DNA from: Nitrospirota bacterium
Lineage (GTDB): Bacteria; Nitrospirota; Nitrospiria; 2-01-FULL-66-17
Reading direction: 5' to 3'
Assembly: GCA_049325335.1 (NCBI GenBank)
Contig: JBMOMC010000002.1
Coordinates: 128,001 to 192,000, forward strand
DNA: 64,000 nucleotides
Both the position numbers and the translations under genes were made by a program. Of this stretch, positions 38,143 to 47,674 are shown piece by piece (position 1 is the stretch's first letter; each line of letters starts with the position of its first letter). Under the pieces are notes generated by a model. The model did no database searches. It was not told the DNA's origin and worked only from the letters and a program-made list of their open reading frames with translations.

Positions 38143-39813
38143 TTAATACGTCCGTTCCTTCGGCGGATACTTCGTAATCGTGACCGGCAGGAACTCGAGC
38201 CGCGGACCCTCCGGCGTGTAATACGCCATTGTGTGTTTGAGCCAGTTCACGTCGTCGCGGGTCGGAAAATCCCGTCGGGCGTGGGCGCCGCGACTTTCCT
38301 GCCGCGCAATCGCGCCCGCCACAATGGTTTCGGCCAGATCCATCAGCGAGCCCAGTTCCAGGGCCGAGACCAACTCGGTGTTGAACACCCGGCTCTTGTC
38401 CTGAATCGCGACCGACTCCGCGCGCGGACGGATGCCGCGCAGCGCCTCGCGCGCGCGTTCTAATTTTTCGCGCGTGCGGAACACGCCTACGTCGTCGCTC
38501 ATGATCTGTCCCAACGCGTCGCGCACCGCGGCCACACGTTCGCCGGATTTGCGGCTGCGGAGCGCTTCGATCCGGTCGCGGTCTCGCGCCAGTTCGGTCC
38601 GGCCCACGTCCCGCGGCGCGGTGTTGCCTCGAATCTGTTTGAGCGCGTCCAACGCGCTGCGCCGCCCGAACACGATCGTGTCCAAGAGCGAGTTGCCGCC
38701 CAGTCGGTTGCCGCCGTGTACGCTCACGCACGCGCACTCGCCGGCCGCGTACAACCCGGGGATCGCGGTGCGTCCCCAGGAGTCGGTCTTGATTCCACCC
38801 ATGCTGTAGTGCGCGCCGGGGCGGATGGGGATCGGCGCCTCGATCGCGTCGACGCCGACGTAGGTCAGAGCCAACTCGCGGATTTGGGGGAGGCGCTCCA
38901 GAATTTTTTGCCGGCCTAAGTGCCGAAGATCCAACAGCACGCAGCCGTTTACTCCCCGTCCCGCGTCGATTTCTTCCTGCTCCGCGCGCGAGACCACGTC
39001 GCGGCTCGCCAGCTCTACCTTGTTGGGCGCATATTTCGCCATGAATCGCTCGCCAGCCGCGTTGAGCAGGTAGCCACCCTCGCCGCGCGCGCCTTCGCTG
39101 ATCAAGATGCCCGTGCGTTTGAGCGTGGTGGGGTGAAACTGCACCATCTCCATGTCCATCAGCGGCGCGCCCGCGCGGTAGGCCATGCTCATGCCGTCGC
39201 CGGTGTTGATCAATGCGTTGGTGCTGAGCGAGAACACGCGGCCGTAACCGCCCGTGGCCAGGATCACGGCGTTGGCCGCGATGGCCTCCATCTCGCCGGT
39301 CAGCACGTTCATGGCCACGCACCCGCGGCACGCGCCGTCTTCGATGATCAACGACGTGACGTACCACTCCGAATAGGTGCGTGCGTTTCGGCGCACCAGT
39401 TGTTCGTACATGACGTGTAACAGGGCGTGCCCGGTGCGGTCCGCCGCGTAGCAGGTGCGGGGAAAACTCGCGGCCCCGAACGGGCGTTGCGCGATCGTGC
39501 CCTCGGGCGTGCGGCTGAAGATCGCGCCCCGGCGTTCCAATTCGAAAATGTCTTCGGGCCCTTCCTGGCACATCACCTCGATGGCGTCCTGGTCCCCGAG
39601 GTAATCGCTGCCCTTGACCGTGTCGAACGTGTGCGACTCCCAGGAGTCCGCGGGGTCGACCGCGGCGTTGATCCCGCCCTGCGCCGCCACCGAATGGCTG
39701 CGCAGAGGGTGCACCTTGGAGATCAACGCCACGTCCAGGCCTTCCGGGACCTCGATCGCGGCGCGCATGCCCGCCAACCCGCCGCCGATAATCAAAATGT
39801 CGTGAGAGAACAT
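38143..39813 (-). CDS. sdhA: Succinate dehydrogenase/fumarate reductase flavoprotein subunit
   Basis: RSHSVAAQGG (covalent FAD His), QFHPT, SEGARGEGG, HYSMGG, HGGNRLGGNSL, ESRGAH. Confidence 0.9.
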   Translation of the reverse strand: MFSHDILIIGGGLAGMRAAIEVPEGLDVALISKVHPLRSHSVAAQGGINAAVDPADSWESHTFDTVKGSDYLGDQDAIEVMCQEGPEDIFELERRGAIFSRTPEGTIAQRPFGAASFPRTCYAADRTGHALLHVMYEQLVRRNARTYSEWYVTSLIIEDGACRGCVAMNVLTGEMEAIAANAVILATGGYGRVFSLSTNALINTGDGMSMAYRAGAPLMDMEMVQFHPTTLKRTGILISEGARGEGGYLLNAAGERFMAKYAPNKVELASRDVVSRAEQEEIDAGRGVNGCVLLDLRHLGRQKILERLPQIRELALTYVGVDAIEAPIPIRPGAHYSMGGIKTDSWGRTAIPGLYAAGECACVSVHGGNRLGGNSLLDTIVFGRRSALDALKQIRGNTAPRDVGRTELARDRDRIEALRSRKSGERVAAVRDALGQIMSDDVGVFRTREKLERAREALRGIRPRAESVAIQDKSRVFNTELVSALELGSLMDLAETIVAGAIARQESRGAHARRDFPTRDDVNWLKHTMAYYTPEGPRLEFLPVTITKYPPKERTY

Positions 39814-39819
39814 AACGGC

Positions 39820-39868
39820 CACCCCCTCCCTTACCCTCCCCCTTTGTGGGGGAGGGATGGGTGGGGAG
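39820..39868. repeat. C/G-rich hairpin repeat (CCCTCCCCC-N5-GGGGGAGGG type)
   Basis: Overlaps the gcvPB stop and the sdhA RBS; related hairpin at 42787-42821. Confidence 0.6.
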
Positions 39869-41303
39869 ACCATCGCACCACCGGCTTTCTGGCGGCCAAC
39901 ACTTCGTCTAGACGTGACCGCGGCGTGGTGTGCGGCGCACCCTTGACCAGATCGGGTTGCGCTTCGCACTCCTTCGCGATGGCCAACATTGCGTCGCAGA
40001 ACGCGTCGATGGTCTGGCGCGATTCGCTCTCGGGCGGCTCGACCATGATGGCCTCTTCCACCACCATCGGAAAGTTGATGGTGGGCGGGTAGATGCCGTA
40101 GTCGATCAGGCGTTTGGCGATGTCCCACGCGTGCACGCCCTTGGCGCGCTGGCGCTTGGCGGAGAAGATGCACTCGTGCATACACGCGCGATCGTACGCC
40201 ACCTGATACGCGCCGCCCAGGCGGGCGCGCACGTAGTTGGCGTTGATGATGGCGTGACGGCTGATGTCCGCGAGCCCGGTCGCGCCCAGCCGCCGCAGAT
40301 ACGTGTATGCGCGCACCAGGATGCCGAAGTTCCCGTAGAAACCGTGCAAGCGGCCGATGGATTGTGGGCGGTTGTCGTCGAAAAAGAAGCGGTCGCCGTC
40401 GCGTTCCACGGTGGGCGTCGGCAGATAGGAGATGAGCGGCGCTTTGACGCCGATCGGCCCCGCGCCTGGTCCTCCGCCGCCGTGCGGCGTGGAAAACGTC
40501 TTGTGCAGGTTGAAGTGCACCACATCGAATCCCATGTCCCCGGGCCGCACCAAGCCCAAGAGCGCGTTGAGGTTCGCCCCGTCCATGTACAGCAGCGCGC
40601 CCGCGTCGTGTACGATGCGCGCAATTTCGAGAATTTCCTTCTCGAACAATCCCAGTGTGTTGGGGTTGGTCAACATCAAGGCGGCGCACTCATGGTCGAT
40701 CAGCTTGGCCAGATCACCCACGTCCACCAACCCCTCGGCGTTGGAGTGCACGGTCTGGACTTCGTATCCGGCCAGTGCCGCGGTCGCGGGATTGGTGCCG
40801 TGCGCCGAGTCCGGGATCAACACGCGGCGGCGCGGCGAGCCCTTGGCCGCGTGATACGCGCGGATCATCAAAATGCCTGCGAACTCGCCCTGCGCGCCGG
40901 CCGCGGGTTGCAGCGACACTCGGTCCACGCCCGCGACTTCCTTCAATCCTTGTTCGAGTTCCCACATCAGGCGCAACGCGCCCTGCGACAGGGCTTCGCC
41001 TTGGAGCGGGTGCGCCAACGATGCACCCGGCTGTCGGGCCATTTCTTCGTTGATCTTGGGATTGTACTTCATGGTGCAGGACCCCAAGGGGTAGAAGCCC
41101 GTGTCCACGCCGTAATTCTCGCGCGAGAGGCGCGTGTAATGGCGGATCACGTCCACCTCGCTCAGTTGCGGCAACGCGGGCGGCATGGCGCGGCGCAGCG
41201 CGCGCGGAATCGCATCAACGGACGGCGCCGGCACGTCCAGAGCAGGCAAAACATACCCCCGGCGGCCGGGGGTGCTTTTCTCAAAAAGTAATAGTTCAGG
41301 CAT
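39831..41303 (-). CDS. gcvPB: Glycine dehydrogenase (decarboxylating) subunit 2
   Basis: PLGSCTMKYNPK, SAHGTNPA, NLHKTFSTPHGGGGPG. Confidence 0.95.
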   Translation of the reverse strand: MPELLLFEKSTPGRRGYVLPALDVPAPSVDAIPRALRRAMPPALPQLSEVDVIRHYTRLSRENYGVDTGFYPLGSCTMKYNPKINEEMARQPGASLAHPLQGEALSQGALRLMWELEQGLKEVAGVDRVSLQPAAGAQGEFAGILMIRAYHAAKGSPRRRVLIPDSAHGTNPATAALAGYEVQTVHSNAEGLVDVGDLAKLIDHECAALMLTNPNTLGLFEKEILEIARIVHDAGALLYMDGANLNALLGLVRPGDMGFDVVHFNLHKTFSTPHGGGGPGAGPIGVKAPLISYLPTPTVERDGDRFFFDDNRPQSIGRLHGFYGNFGILVRAYTYLRRLGATGLADISRHAIINANYVRARLGGAYQVAYDRACMHECIFSAKRQRAKGVHAWDIAKRLIDYGIYPPTINFPMVVEEAIMVEPPESESRQTIDAFCDAMLAIAKECEAQPDLVKGAPHTTPRSRLDEVLAARKPVVRWSPHPSLPHKGGG

Positions 41304-41332
41304 CTTCGATCCTTGTTGTTCGTTGTGTATCT

Positions 41333-41410
41333 GTAGGGGCGCACGGCCGTGCGCCCCTACGAATGCGCAATAGCAACGTCTCTGTAGGGGCAGACGGCGT
41401 ATGCCCCCGC
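41333..41410. repeat. GTAG-type REP doublet
   Basis: Perfect palindrome GTAGGGGCGCACGGCCGTGCGCCCCTAC (41333-60) plus a degenerate copy at 41384-41410. Confidence 0.8.
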
Positions 41411-41426
41411 GTTTATACGCCCCGGT

Positions 41427-42761
41427 TTATCCGGCCAACACCTCCACCAGCCGATCAATCTCTTGGCGCGTTCGTTTCTCGGTCACGCAGATCAACCACT
41501 GGTTGGCCCACGCGGCATCGAACCGCCCTAAGTCCAATCCCCCGATGATCCCGGCCTTCAACAGGGCCGCGTTCAGTTCCGCGGGCGGGCGAGGGGTGCG
41601 CAGCACGAATTCTTTAAAGAACGGGGCGGATGAGGCACGCGAAAATCCCTTCACGGCCGCGATCCGTTCGGCCGCGTAGTGTGACTTGGCCAGACACTGC
41701 TCGCCCACTTCGCGCAAACCGTTGGGGCCGAGCGTGGCGAGGTAAATCGACGCGGTGAGCGCCATCAACGCCTGGTTGGTGCAGATGTTCGACGTGGCGC
41801 GCTCGCGACGAATGTGCTGCTCGCGCGCCTGGAGCGTCAGGCAGTAGCCCGGGCGTCCCTTGGTGTCCACGGTGGCGCCCACGATCCGGCCCGGGATCTG
41901 CCGCATGAAGTCTTTCTTGGTCGCCATGAACCCCACAAACGGTCCGCCGAAGGACATGGCATTGCCGAGCGCCTGCCCCTCGCCCACGGCCACATCCGCG
42001 CCCCAGAGCCCGGGCGGGGCCAGCAAGCCGAGCGAGAGCGGATCAACCGACGCCACCGCGAGCGCGCCCCGGCCGTGCGCGGCCTCCGCGATCGCGGCCA
42101 CGTCTTCCAAGTTGCCCAGGAAGTTGGGGTGCTGGACCAGCACCGCGGCGGTGTCGTCGGTCAACGATCGACGAAGGTCGTCCAGGTCTGCGCGGCCGTC
42201 CGTGATCCGCACCGTGTGGACCGGGTGCGAGATGCCGGACAGATACGTGGTGAGCACCGCGCGGTGGTGCGGGTGGATGGTGCCCGCCACCACGATACGC
42301 GAACGTTTGGTGACGCGGCAGGCCATGAGCGCGGCTTCGGCGAGCGCGGACGCGCCGTCGTACATGGAGGCGTTGGCCACGTCCATGCCGGTCAATTCGC
42401 AGACCATGGTCTGGAACTCGAAAATGGTCTGCAGCAGGCCCTGGCTCATCTCCGCCTGATAGGGCGTGTAGGAGGTCGAAAACTCGGATCGCGACGCCAG
42501 GAACGGCACGATCGACGGGATCGCGTGATCGTACGCGCCCGCGCCGAGAAAACACGGCGAGCGGTCCGCGTGCGCGTTGCGGTCGAGCAGGCCGCCGATT
42601 TCTCGGCGGACTTCCAATTCGCTGAGCGCGGGCGGCAACGCCAGCGGGCGATTCAGCCGCGCGCGCGCGGGAATCTCCGTAAGCAAGTCCTCGAATCGCT
42701 CCACCCCGATGGTGGACAGCATGGCGCGGTGGTCGTCCGCGGTATTCGGTAGGTATTCCAT
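41427..42761 (-). CDS. gcvPA: Glycine dehydrogenase (decarboxylating) subunit 1
   Basis: YTPYQAEMSQG, NASMYDG, REQHIRRERATSNICTNQ. Confidence 0.95.
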   Translation of the reverse strand: MEYLPNTADDHRAMLSTIGVERFEDLLTEIPARARLNRPLALPPALSELEVRREIGGLLDRNAHADRSPCFLGAGAYDHAIPSIVPFLASRSEFSTSYTPYQAEMSQGLLQTIFEFQTMVCELTGMDVANASMYDGASALAEAALMACRVTKRSRIVVAGTIHPHHRAVLTTYLSGISHPVHTVRITDGRADLDDLRRSLTDDTAAVLVQHPNFLGNLEDVAAIAEAAHGRGALAVASVDPLSLGLLAPPGLWGADVAVGEGQALGNAMSFGGPFVGFMATKKDFMRQIPGRIVGATVDTKGRPGYCLTLQAREQHIRRERATSNICTNQALMALTASIYLATLGPNGLREVGEQCLAKSHYAAERIAAVKGFSRASSAPFFKEFVLRTPRPPAELNAALLKAGIIGGLDLGRFDAAWANQWLICVTEKRTRQEIDRLVEVLAG

Positions 42762-42786
42762 CAAGAATCCTTTCGTCCCCAACTGT

Positions 42787-42821
42787 CCCCCCCACCCCTC
42801 CCCCCCGCAAGGGGGGAGGGG
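42787..42821. repeat. C/G-rich hairpin repeat between gcvT and gcvPA
   Basis: CCCCTCCCCCCC-GCAA-GGGGGGAGGGG. Confidence 0.55.
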
Positions 42822-43937
42822 TCAGGAAGGGAAGGTCCTCTTTTTATAGAAGGGCGGCTTTGTGATGACCGCCCGCTTATGTTTGCCGCGGATGTCGATT
42901 TCGATCAACGCTCCGTCCACGGCGTGGGCCGCATCCATATACCCCATTCCAACGCCCTTGTCGAGACTCGGCGACAAATTTCCGCTGGTCACCACGCCGA
43001 CCAACGCGCCGCCGGCCAGGATCGGGTGGCCCTGTCGCGGCACGCCTTTGTCGATGAGTTCGAATCCCACCAGCCGCCGGGTGAGGCCGCGGCTGCGCTG
43101 GGCCGACAACGCGGCTTTGCCGATAAAGTCCGTCTTGCCGAAATCCACGGCCCAGTCCAACCCCGCATCGAGCGGCGTGGTGGTCTCGTCGATTTCGTGG
43201 CCGTATAACGCGTAGCCCATCTCCAGCCGGAGCGTGTCCCGCGCGCCGAGCCCGACCGGGACCAGCCCCAGCTCCTTACCCTGGGTCAACGCGTCGTTCC
43301 ACAATGCCGCGATCACCGCGTGTTCGGCCATGACTTCCACGCCCCACTCGCCGGTGTACCCCGTGCGCGCGATCAGCACCGGGCGGTTGTTCCTGACGGT
43401 CTCGATGAACGTGTGTAGGCGAAACGGGGTGGGCAGCGGAATCCCCAGGCGCTCGATCACGTCCCGGCTGCGCGGGCCTTGAATCGCGATGAGCCCGGTT
43501 TCCAGGGTCCGATCTTCGACCGTGATGCCCATGGGCCGGTGTTGGTTCATCCACGCGACGATTTTGAGGCGGTTGGCTCCGTTGACGATCAGCAGCCAAT
43601 CGTCTTCGGCGTAACGGTACACGAAAATGTCGTCCAGGAGAGTACCCCGTTCGTTGCACACCAGCGCGTAGCGCGCCGCGCCGGACGCGAGGTCGCTCAC
43701 GGCGCGCGTCACCAGCGATTCGATGTACGCGGTCGCGCCCGGGCCGCGCACACGCAGCCGACCCATGTGGCCGATATCGAACGCGCCCGCGGCGCGCCGC
43801 ACCGCCAGGTGTTCGGCCACGGTGCCGGCGTACGAGATCGGCATCTCCCAACCGGCAAAATCCACCAGCCTGGCGCCCAGCGCCTCATGCGCCGCGTGCA
43901 GCGCGGTGGTCAACAATCCCTGTGTCGGCGTGCTCAC
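42822..43937 (-). CDS. gcvT: Aminomethyltransferase (glycine cleavage T protein)
   Basis: FAGWEMP, FDIGHMG, RTGYTGE, GLGARDTLRLE. Confidence 0.95.
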   Translation of the reverse strand: MSTPTQGLLTTALHAAHEALGARLVDFAGWEMPISYAGTVAEHLAVRRAAGAFDIGHMGRLRVRGPGATAYIESLVTRAVSDLASGAARYALVCNERGTLLDDIFVYRYAEDDWLLIVNGANRLKIVAWMNQHRPMGITVEDRTLETGLIAIQGPRSRDVIERLGIPLPTPFRLHTFIETVRNNRPVLIARTGYTGEWGVEVMAEHAVIAALWNDALTQGKELGLVPVGLGARDTLRLEMGYALYGHEIDETTTPLDAGLDWAVDFGKTDFIGKAALSAQRSRGLTRRLVGFELIDKGVPRQGHPILAGGALVGVVTSGNLSPSLDKGVGMGYMDAAHAVDGALIEIDIRGKHKRAVITKPPFYKKRTFPS

Positions 43938-44647
43938 TCCGTCTCCTCTCCCAGATACGCGGCGCGGACCTTCGGGTCTCGTCGGAGCACCTCGGCCGGT
44001 CCGTGTAGCACGATCCGTCCGGTTTCCATCACGTAGGCCCGATCCGCCAACGCCAGCGCCGTGTGCGCGTTCTGTTCGACCAGCAACATCGTGGTCCCCT
44101 CGCCATGAATGGCCCGAATGATCTCAAAAATTCGCTCAACCATCAATGGGGCCAGTCCCAACGACGGTTCATCCAACAACAGCAGGGCCGGGCGGGCCAT
44201 CAATGCGCGACCAATCGCCAACATTTGCTGCTCGCCGCCGCTGAGGGTGCCGCCGAGTTGTCCGCGTCGGTCGCGCAGCAGCGGAAAATACGCGAAGACC
44301 CGGTCGAACGATTCCGCGATCCCCGTGCGGTCCCGGCGTGCGAGGGCGCCGGTTCGCAAATTTTCCATGACCGTCATCCTTCGGAAGATCCGCCGCCCTT
44401 CCGGGACGTGCGCGAGACCTCGGCGCACGATGTCGTAGGCCGCGCGTCCGTGGATCGGCTCGCCCTGAAAGCGGATCGCCCCGCTGCTTGCCGGGTTCGC
44501 ACCGGAGATGGTCATCAACGTCGTGCTTTTTCCCGCGCCGTTTGCGCCGATGAGGGCCACGATCTCCCCCGCACGGACATCGAGGTCGATGCCTTTGACG
44601 GCGTCGATCGGTCCGTAGGCGACACGAAGCTGTTCGACCGTCAGCAT
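43934..44647 (-). CDS. livF: Branched-chain amino acid ABC ATPase LivF-like
   Basis: GANGAGKST, VPEGRRIF, LSGGEQQM. Confidence 0.9.
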   Translation of the reverse strand: MLTVEQLRVAYGPIDAVKGIDLDVRAGEIVALIGANGAGKSTTLMTISGANPASSGAIRFQGEPIHGRAAYDIVRRGLAHVPEGRRIFRRMTVMENLRTGALARRDRTGIAESFDRVFAYFPLLRDRRGQLGGTLSGGEQQMLAIGRALMARPALLLLDEPSLGLAPLMVERIFEIIRAIHGEGTTMLLVEQNAHTALALADRAYVMETGRIVLHGPAEVLRRDPKVRAAYLGEETE

Positions 44648-45426
44648 GCCCGGTCGGTCGCGGTGCCCAGGTACGCCTCGATCACGGCCGGGTTGCGCTG
44701 GACGTCGGCCGGCGAACCCTCGGCGATCTTCACACCGTGGTCGAACACGATCACATGGTCCGAGACGCCCATCACGACCTTCATGTCGTGTTCGATGAGC
44801 AGCACGGTGACGCCGGTCTCGCGGATGCGACGGATCAGCGCGGACAGGGCCAATGTTTCGGTGGGGTTCATCCCGGCGGCGGGCTCGTCGAGCAGCAACA
44901 AGGCGGGGCGACTGGCGAGGGCTCTAGCGATTTCCAGGCGGCGCTGCACGCCGTACGCCAGTTCGCCCGCGGAGGCGTCCGCCGCGTCGGCGATGCCGAC
45001 GAATTCCAGCCACGCATCGGCGGCCTGCTCCGCGTCGCGCGTTTCGGCGCGCGCGTGTGCGGTCTTCAGAATCGAGCCCAGGAGCCCGGTCCGTTCGCGG
45101 CAATACGCGCCGACCATCACGTTCTCGCGCGCGGTGAGGGCTCCGAACAGGCGGACGTTCTGGAACGTGCGTGTGATGCCGCGATCCGCGACCGCGTGCG
45201 GCGCGAGCCCGTCGAGCGGCGCGCCGTCAAAGAGGATCGAGCCATGGTCGGGCCGAGCCAAGCCGGTCAAACAGTTAAACAAGGTGGTCTTGCCCGCGCC
45301 GTTGGGGCCGATGAGGGCTGTGATCATCCCGCGTTCGACCGCCACGCTCACGCCGTCGAGCGCGGTCAGGCCCCCGAACGTCTTGGTCACGCCGTGTGCG
45401 CGCAGCAATGGCCCTTGGTCGATCAC
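44641..45426 (-). CDS. livG: Branched-chain amino acid ABC ATPase LivG-like
   Basis: GPNGAGKTT, RTFQN, DEPAAGMN, VIEAYLG. Confidence 0.9.
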   Translation of the reverse strand: MIDQGPLLRAHGVTKTFGGLTALDGVSVAVERGMITALIGPNGAGKTTLFNCLTGLARPDHGSILFDGAPLDGLAPHAVADRGITRTFQNVRLFGALTARENVMVGAYCRERTGLLGSILKTAHARAETRDAEQAADAWLEFVGIADAADASAGELAYGVQRRLEIARALASRPALLLLDEPAAGMNPTETLALSALIRRIRETGVTVLLIEHDMKVVMGVSDHVIVFDHGVKIAEGSPADVQRNPAVIEAYLGTATDRAC

Positions 45427-46550
45427 GCGGGCCTCGCGCGACGTACCACGGCGCGGCGCCCCAGCCCTTCGGGCCGCCACGCCATCATCGCCACCAAGGC
45501 TGCGCCGAAGACGAGCATGCGATAGTCCGCGGCGCCGCGGAGCAGCTCGGGGAGGAGCACGATCGCCACCGCGCCAGCGGCCACGCCCCAGACGTTGCAC
45601 ATCCCGCCCAACACGACCATGGCGAGCACCACGACCGATTCGAAGAACGTGAAGCTCTCGGGCGACACGAACGCGTAGCGGGCCGCGAAACACACGCCCG
45701 CCACGCCGGCCCACGCCGCGCCCAACGCAAAGGCCAACACTTTGAGGCGCGTGGTGGGCACGCCCATCGACTCCGCGGCGAGTTCGTCGTCCCGAATCGC
45801 CATCAAGGCCCGGCCCACGCGCGAAGCGCGCAGACGGGTGTTGACGAGGATCGCCAGCAACGCGACCGCGAGCGTCACGTAATAAAATTGCGGCGGACTC
45901 GCCAGCGTGAAGGGGCCGATTTGCGGCCGGCCGATGCCGAGAATGCCGTTGGGTCCGTTGGTGACCGAGTCCCAATTGACCAACACGAGGTGGACGATTT
46001 GGATGAAGCCCAACGTGACGATCGCCAGGTAGTCCCCGCGCAGGCGCAACGTGATGACGCCGAGCAACACGCCGAACGCGGCCGCGACCAGCGCACCCAA
46101 CGGGAGTCCGGCCCAGAACGGCACGCCCCACGCGGTGGAGGCCAGGGCGTAGCTGTACGCGCCGATCGCGTAGAAGGAGACGTATCCGAGATCCAACAGT
46201 CCGGCCAAGCCTACCGTGATCTGCAACCCCAGTGCGAGCACGACGTACAACCACGCGAGCGTGAGCACGTCGAGCACGTAGTTGTTGAACGCGAACGGCG
46301 CGGCCAGCAATGCGACGAGGGCGATGGTGCGGACGGTACACTGGGAGCGCCGTGTCGCGTCCGCGAGGCGGGTGGTCGCGGGCCGCACGGCTCCCACGGC
46401 GCGCTCCACCCACGCGGGCCGGGCACGCGTGAGGGACCAGGCGGCCACGACCAGCCCGGTCGCGAGCCCGACGCCCGCGGCCTGGCGCCATCCGCCCAGC
46501 GGCAGCAGCAAGGCGGTGGCCACTCCCGAGGCGGCGAGCGCGGTTCTCAT
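45423..46550 (-). CDS. livM: ABC permease LivM-like
   Basis: GLLDLGY, LRLRGDYLAIVTLGF, VVLGGM. Confidence 0.9.
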   Translation of the reverse strand: MRTALAASGVATALLLPLGGWRQAAGVGLATGLVVAAWSLTRARPAWVERAVGAVRPATTRLADATRRSQCTVRTIALVALLAAPFAFNNYVLDVLTLAWLYVVLALGLQITVGLAGLLDLGYVSFYAIGAYSYALASTAWGVPFWAGLPLGALVAAAFGVLLGVITLRLRGDYLAIVTLGFIQIVHLVLVNWDSVTNGPNGILGIGRPQIGPFTLASPPQFYYVTLAVALLAILVNTRLRASRVGRALMAIRDDELAAESMGVPTTRLKVLAFALGAAWAGVAGVCFAARYAFVSPESFTFFESVVVLAMVVLGGMCNVWGVAAGAVAIVLLPELLRGAADYRMLVFGAALVAMMAWRPEGLGRRAVVRRARPA

Positions 46551-47449
46551 ACCTTTTCCGGAATGCGTTCGCCCATCAGTCCGGTGGGGCGAACCAGCAA
46601 CACCACGATCAAGATCACGAAGGCGATCGCGTCTTTGTACTCGTTGGAGATGTAGCCTGCGCCGAGTCCCTCGGCCACACCCAAGATGACGCCGCCCAGC
46701 ATGGCGCCCGGGATGTTACCGATGCCGCCTAATACCGCGGCGGTGAACGCCTTCAACCCCGCTACGTAGCCGATGAAGAAATTCACGACGCCGTAGTACA
46801 TGGCCACCATCACGCCCGCGATCGCGGCCAGCGCGGAGCCGATCACGAACGTGGCGGTGATCACGCGGTTCACGTCGATGCCCACCAACCCGGCCATACG
46901 CGGATCCTGCGCCGTGGCGCGCATGGCCAGGCCCAGGTCAGTGCGGCGGATGACCAGGTGCAGTCCGGCCATCAGCGCGGCGGAGATGCCGATGATCGCG
47001 AGTTGCACTCCGGAGACGGTGGCCCCGCCGAGGGCGTACGTGGTCGGCGCGCCGATCGATGGGAATACCTTGTCGCCGGACCCCTGCGTGAGCATGACCA
47101 CGTTTTGCAGCAGGATCGAGACACCGATCGCGGAGATCAACGGGGTGAGGCGGTGCGTGCGGCGCAGCGGTCGATAGGCCACGCGCTCCATGGTGGCGCC
47201 CACCGCGCCGCAATACAGCGCGGCGATCAGCACCGCAACCACGAGCGAGAGCAGCGGCGCGGTCTGGGTCCAGCCCCAGATCGTCATGACGCCCAGCGAG
47301 AGAATCCCGATGTACGCGCCCAGCATGTAGATCTCGCCGTGGGCGAAGTTGATCAACTCCAGGATGCCGTAGACCATCGTATAGCCGAGCGCGACCAGGG
47401 CATACACGCCGCCGAGGGTCAAGCCATTTACGAGTTGCTGGAGGAACAT
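46547..47449 (-). CDS. livH: ABC permease LivH-like
   Basis: MFLQQLVNGLTLG, GYTMVYG, INFAHGE, AAVLGGIG. Confidence 0.9.
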   Translation of the reverse strand: MFLQQLVNGLTLGGVYALVALGYTMVYGILELINFAHGEIYMLGAYIGILSLGVMTIWGWTQTAPLLSLVVAVLIAALYCGAVGATMERVAYRPLRRTHRLTPLISAIGVSILLQNVVMLTQGSGDKVFPSIGAPTTYALGGATVSGVQLAIIGISAALMAGLHLVIRRTDLGLAMRATAQDPRMAGLVGIDVNRVITATFVIGSALAAIAGVMVAMYYGVVNFFIGYVAGLKAFTAAVLGGIGNIPGAMLGGVILGVAEGLGAGYISNEYKDAIAFVILIVVLLVRPTGLMGERIPEKV

Positions 47450-47451
47450 CA

Positions 47452-47652
47452 GCAGGCCGCTGAAAAAGTCCAACTGCTGCGTGCTCGGTCGTCGGAAACC
47501 GTACCGTGTCCCGTCGGGGACACGGAATACGATTTGCGTCGAAGACGCGACCACTCGGTTCGCCGTCTTCGGCAACTCCTCACGTACAACTCAGTACGCT
47601 CCGGGTTCCTTCTTCCTGCGCTCTTGCATTTGGAACTTTTTGAGCGGCCTGC
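47452..47652. mobile_element. MITE-like element, copy 2, with an internal insertion
   Basis: GCAGGCCGCTGAAAAAGTCCAA ... TTGGAACTTTTTGAGCGGCCTGC; internal blocks match 29248-29372. Confidence 0.75.
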
Positions 47653-47674
47653 GGAAACCAACACCGTCTTCGAC

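Noticed and set aside
39814..40689. Apparent 292-aa N-terminal extension of SdhA (848-aa ORF)
   Set aside because: It overlaps gcvPB in another frame. The real start is MFSHDILIIGGG at 39813, with an RBS.
47450..47575. Extended LivH start inside the MITE
   Set aside because: The extension is repeat-derived; the family-typical N-terminus begins at 47449.
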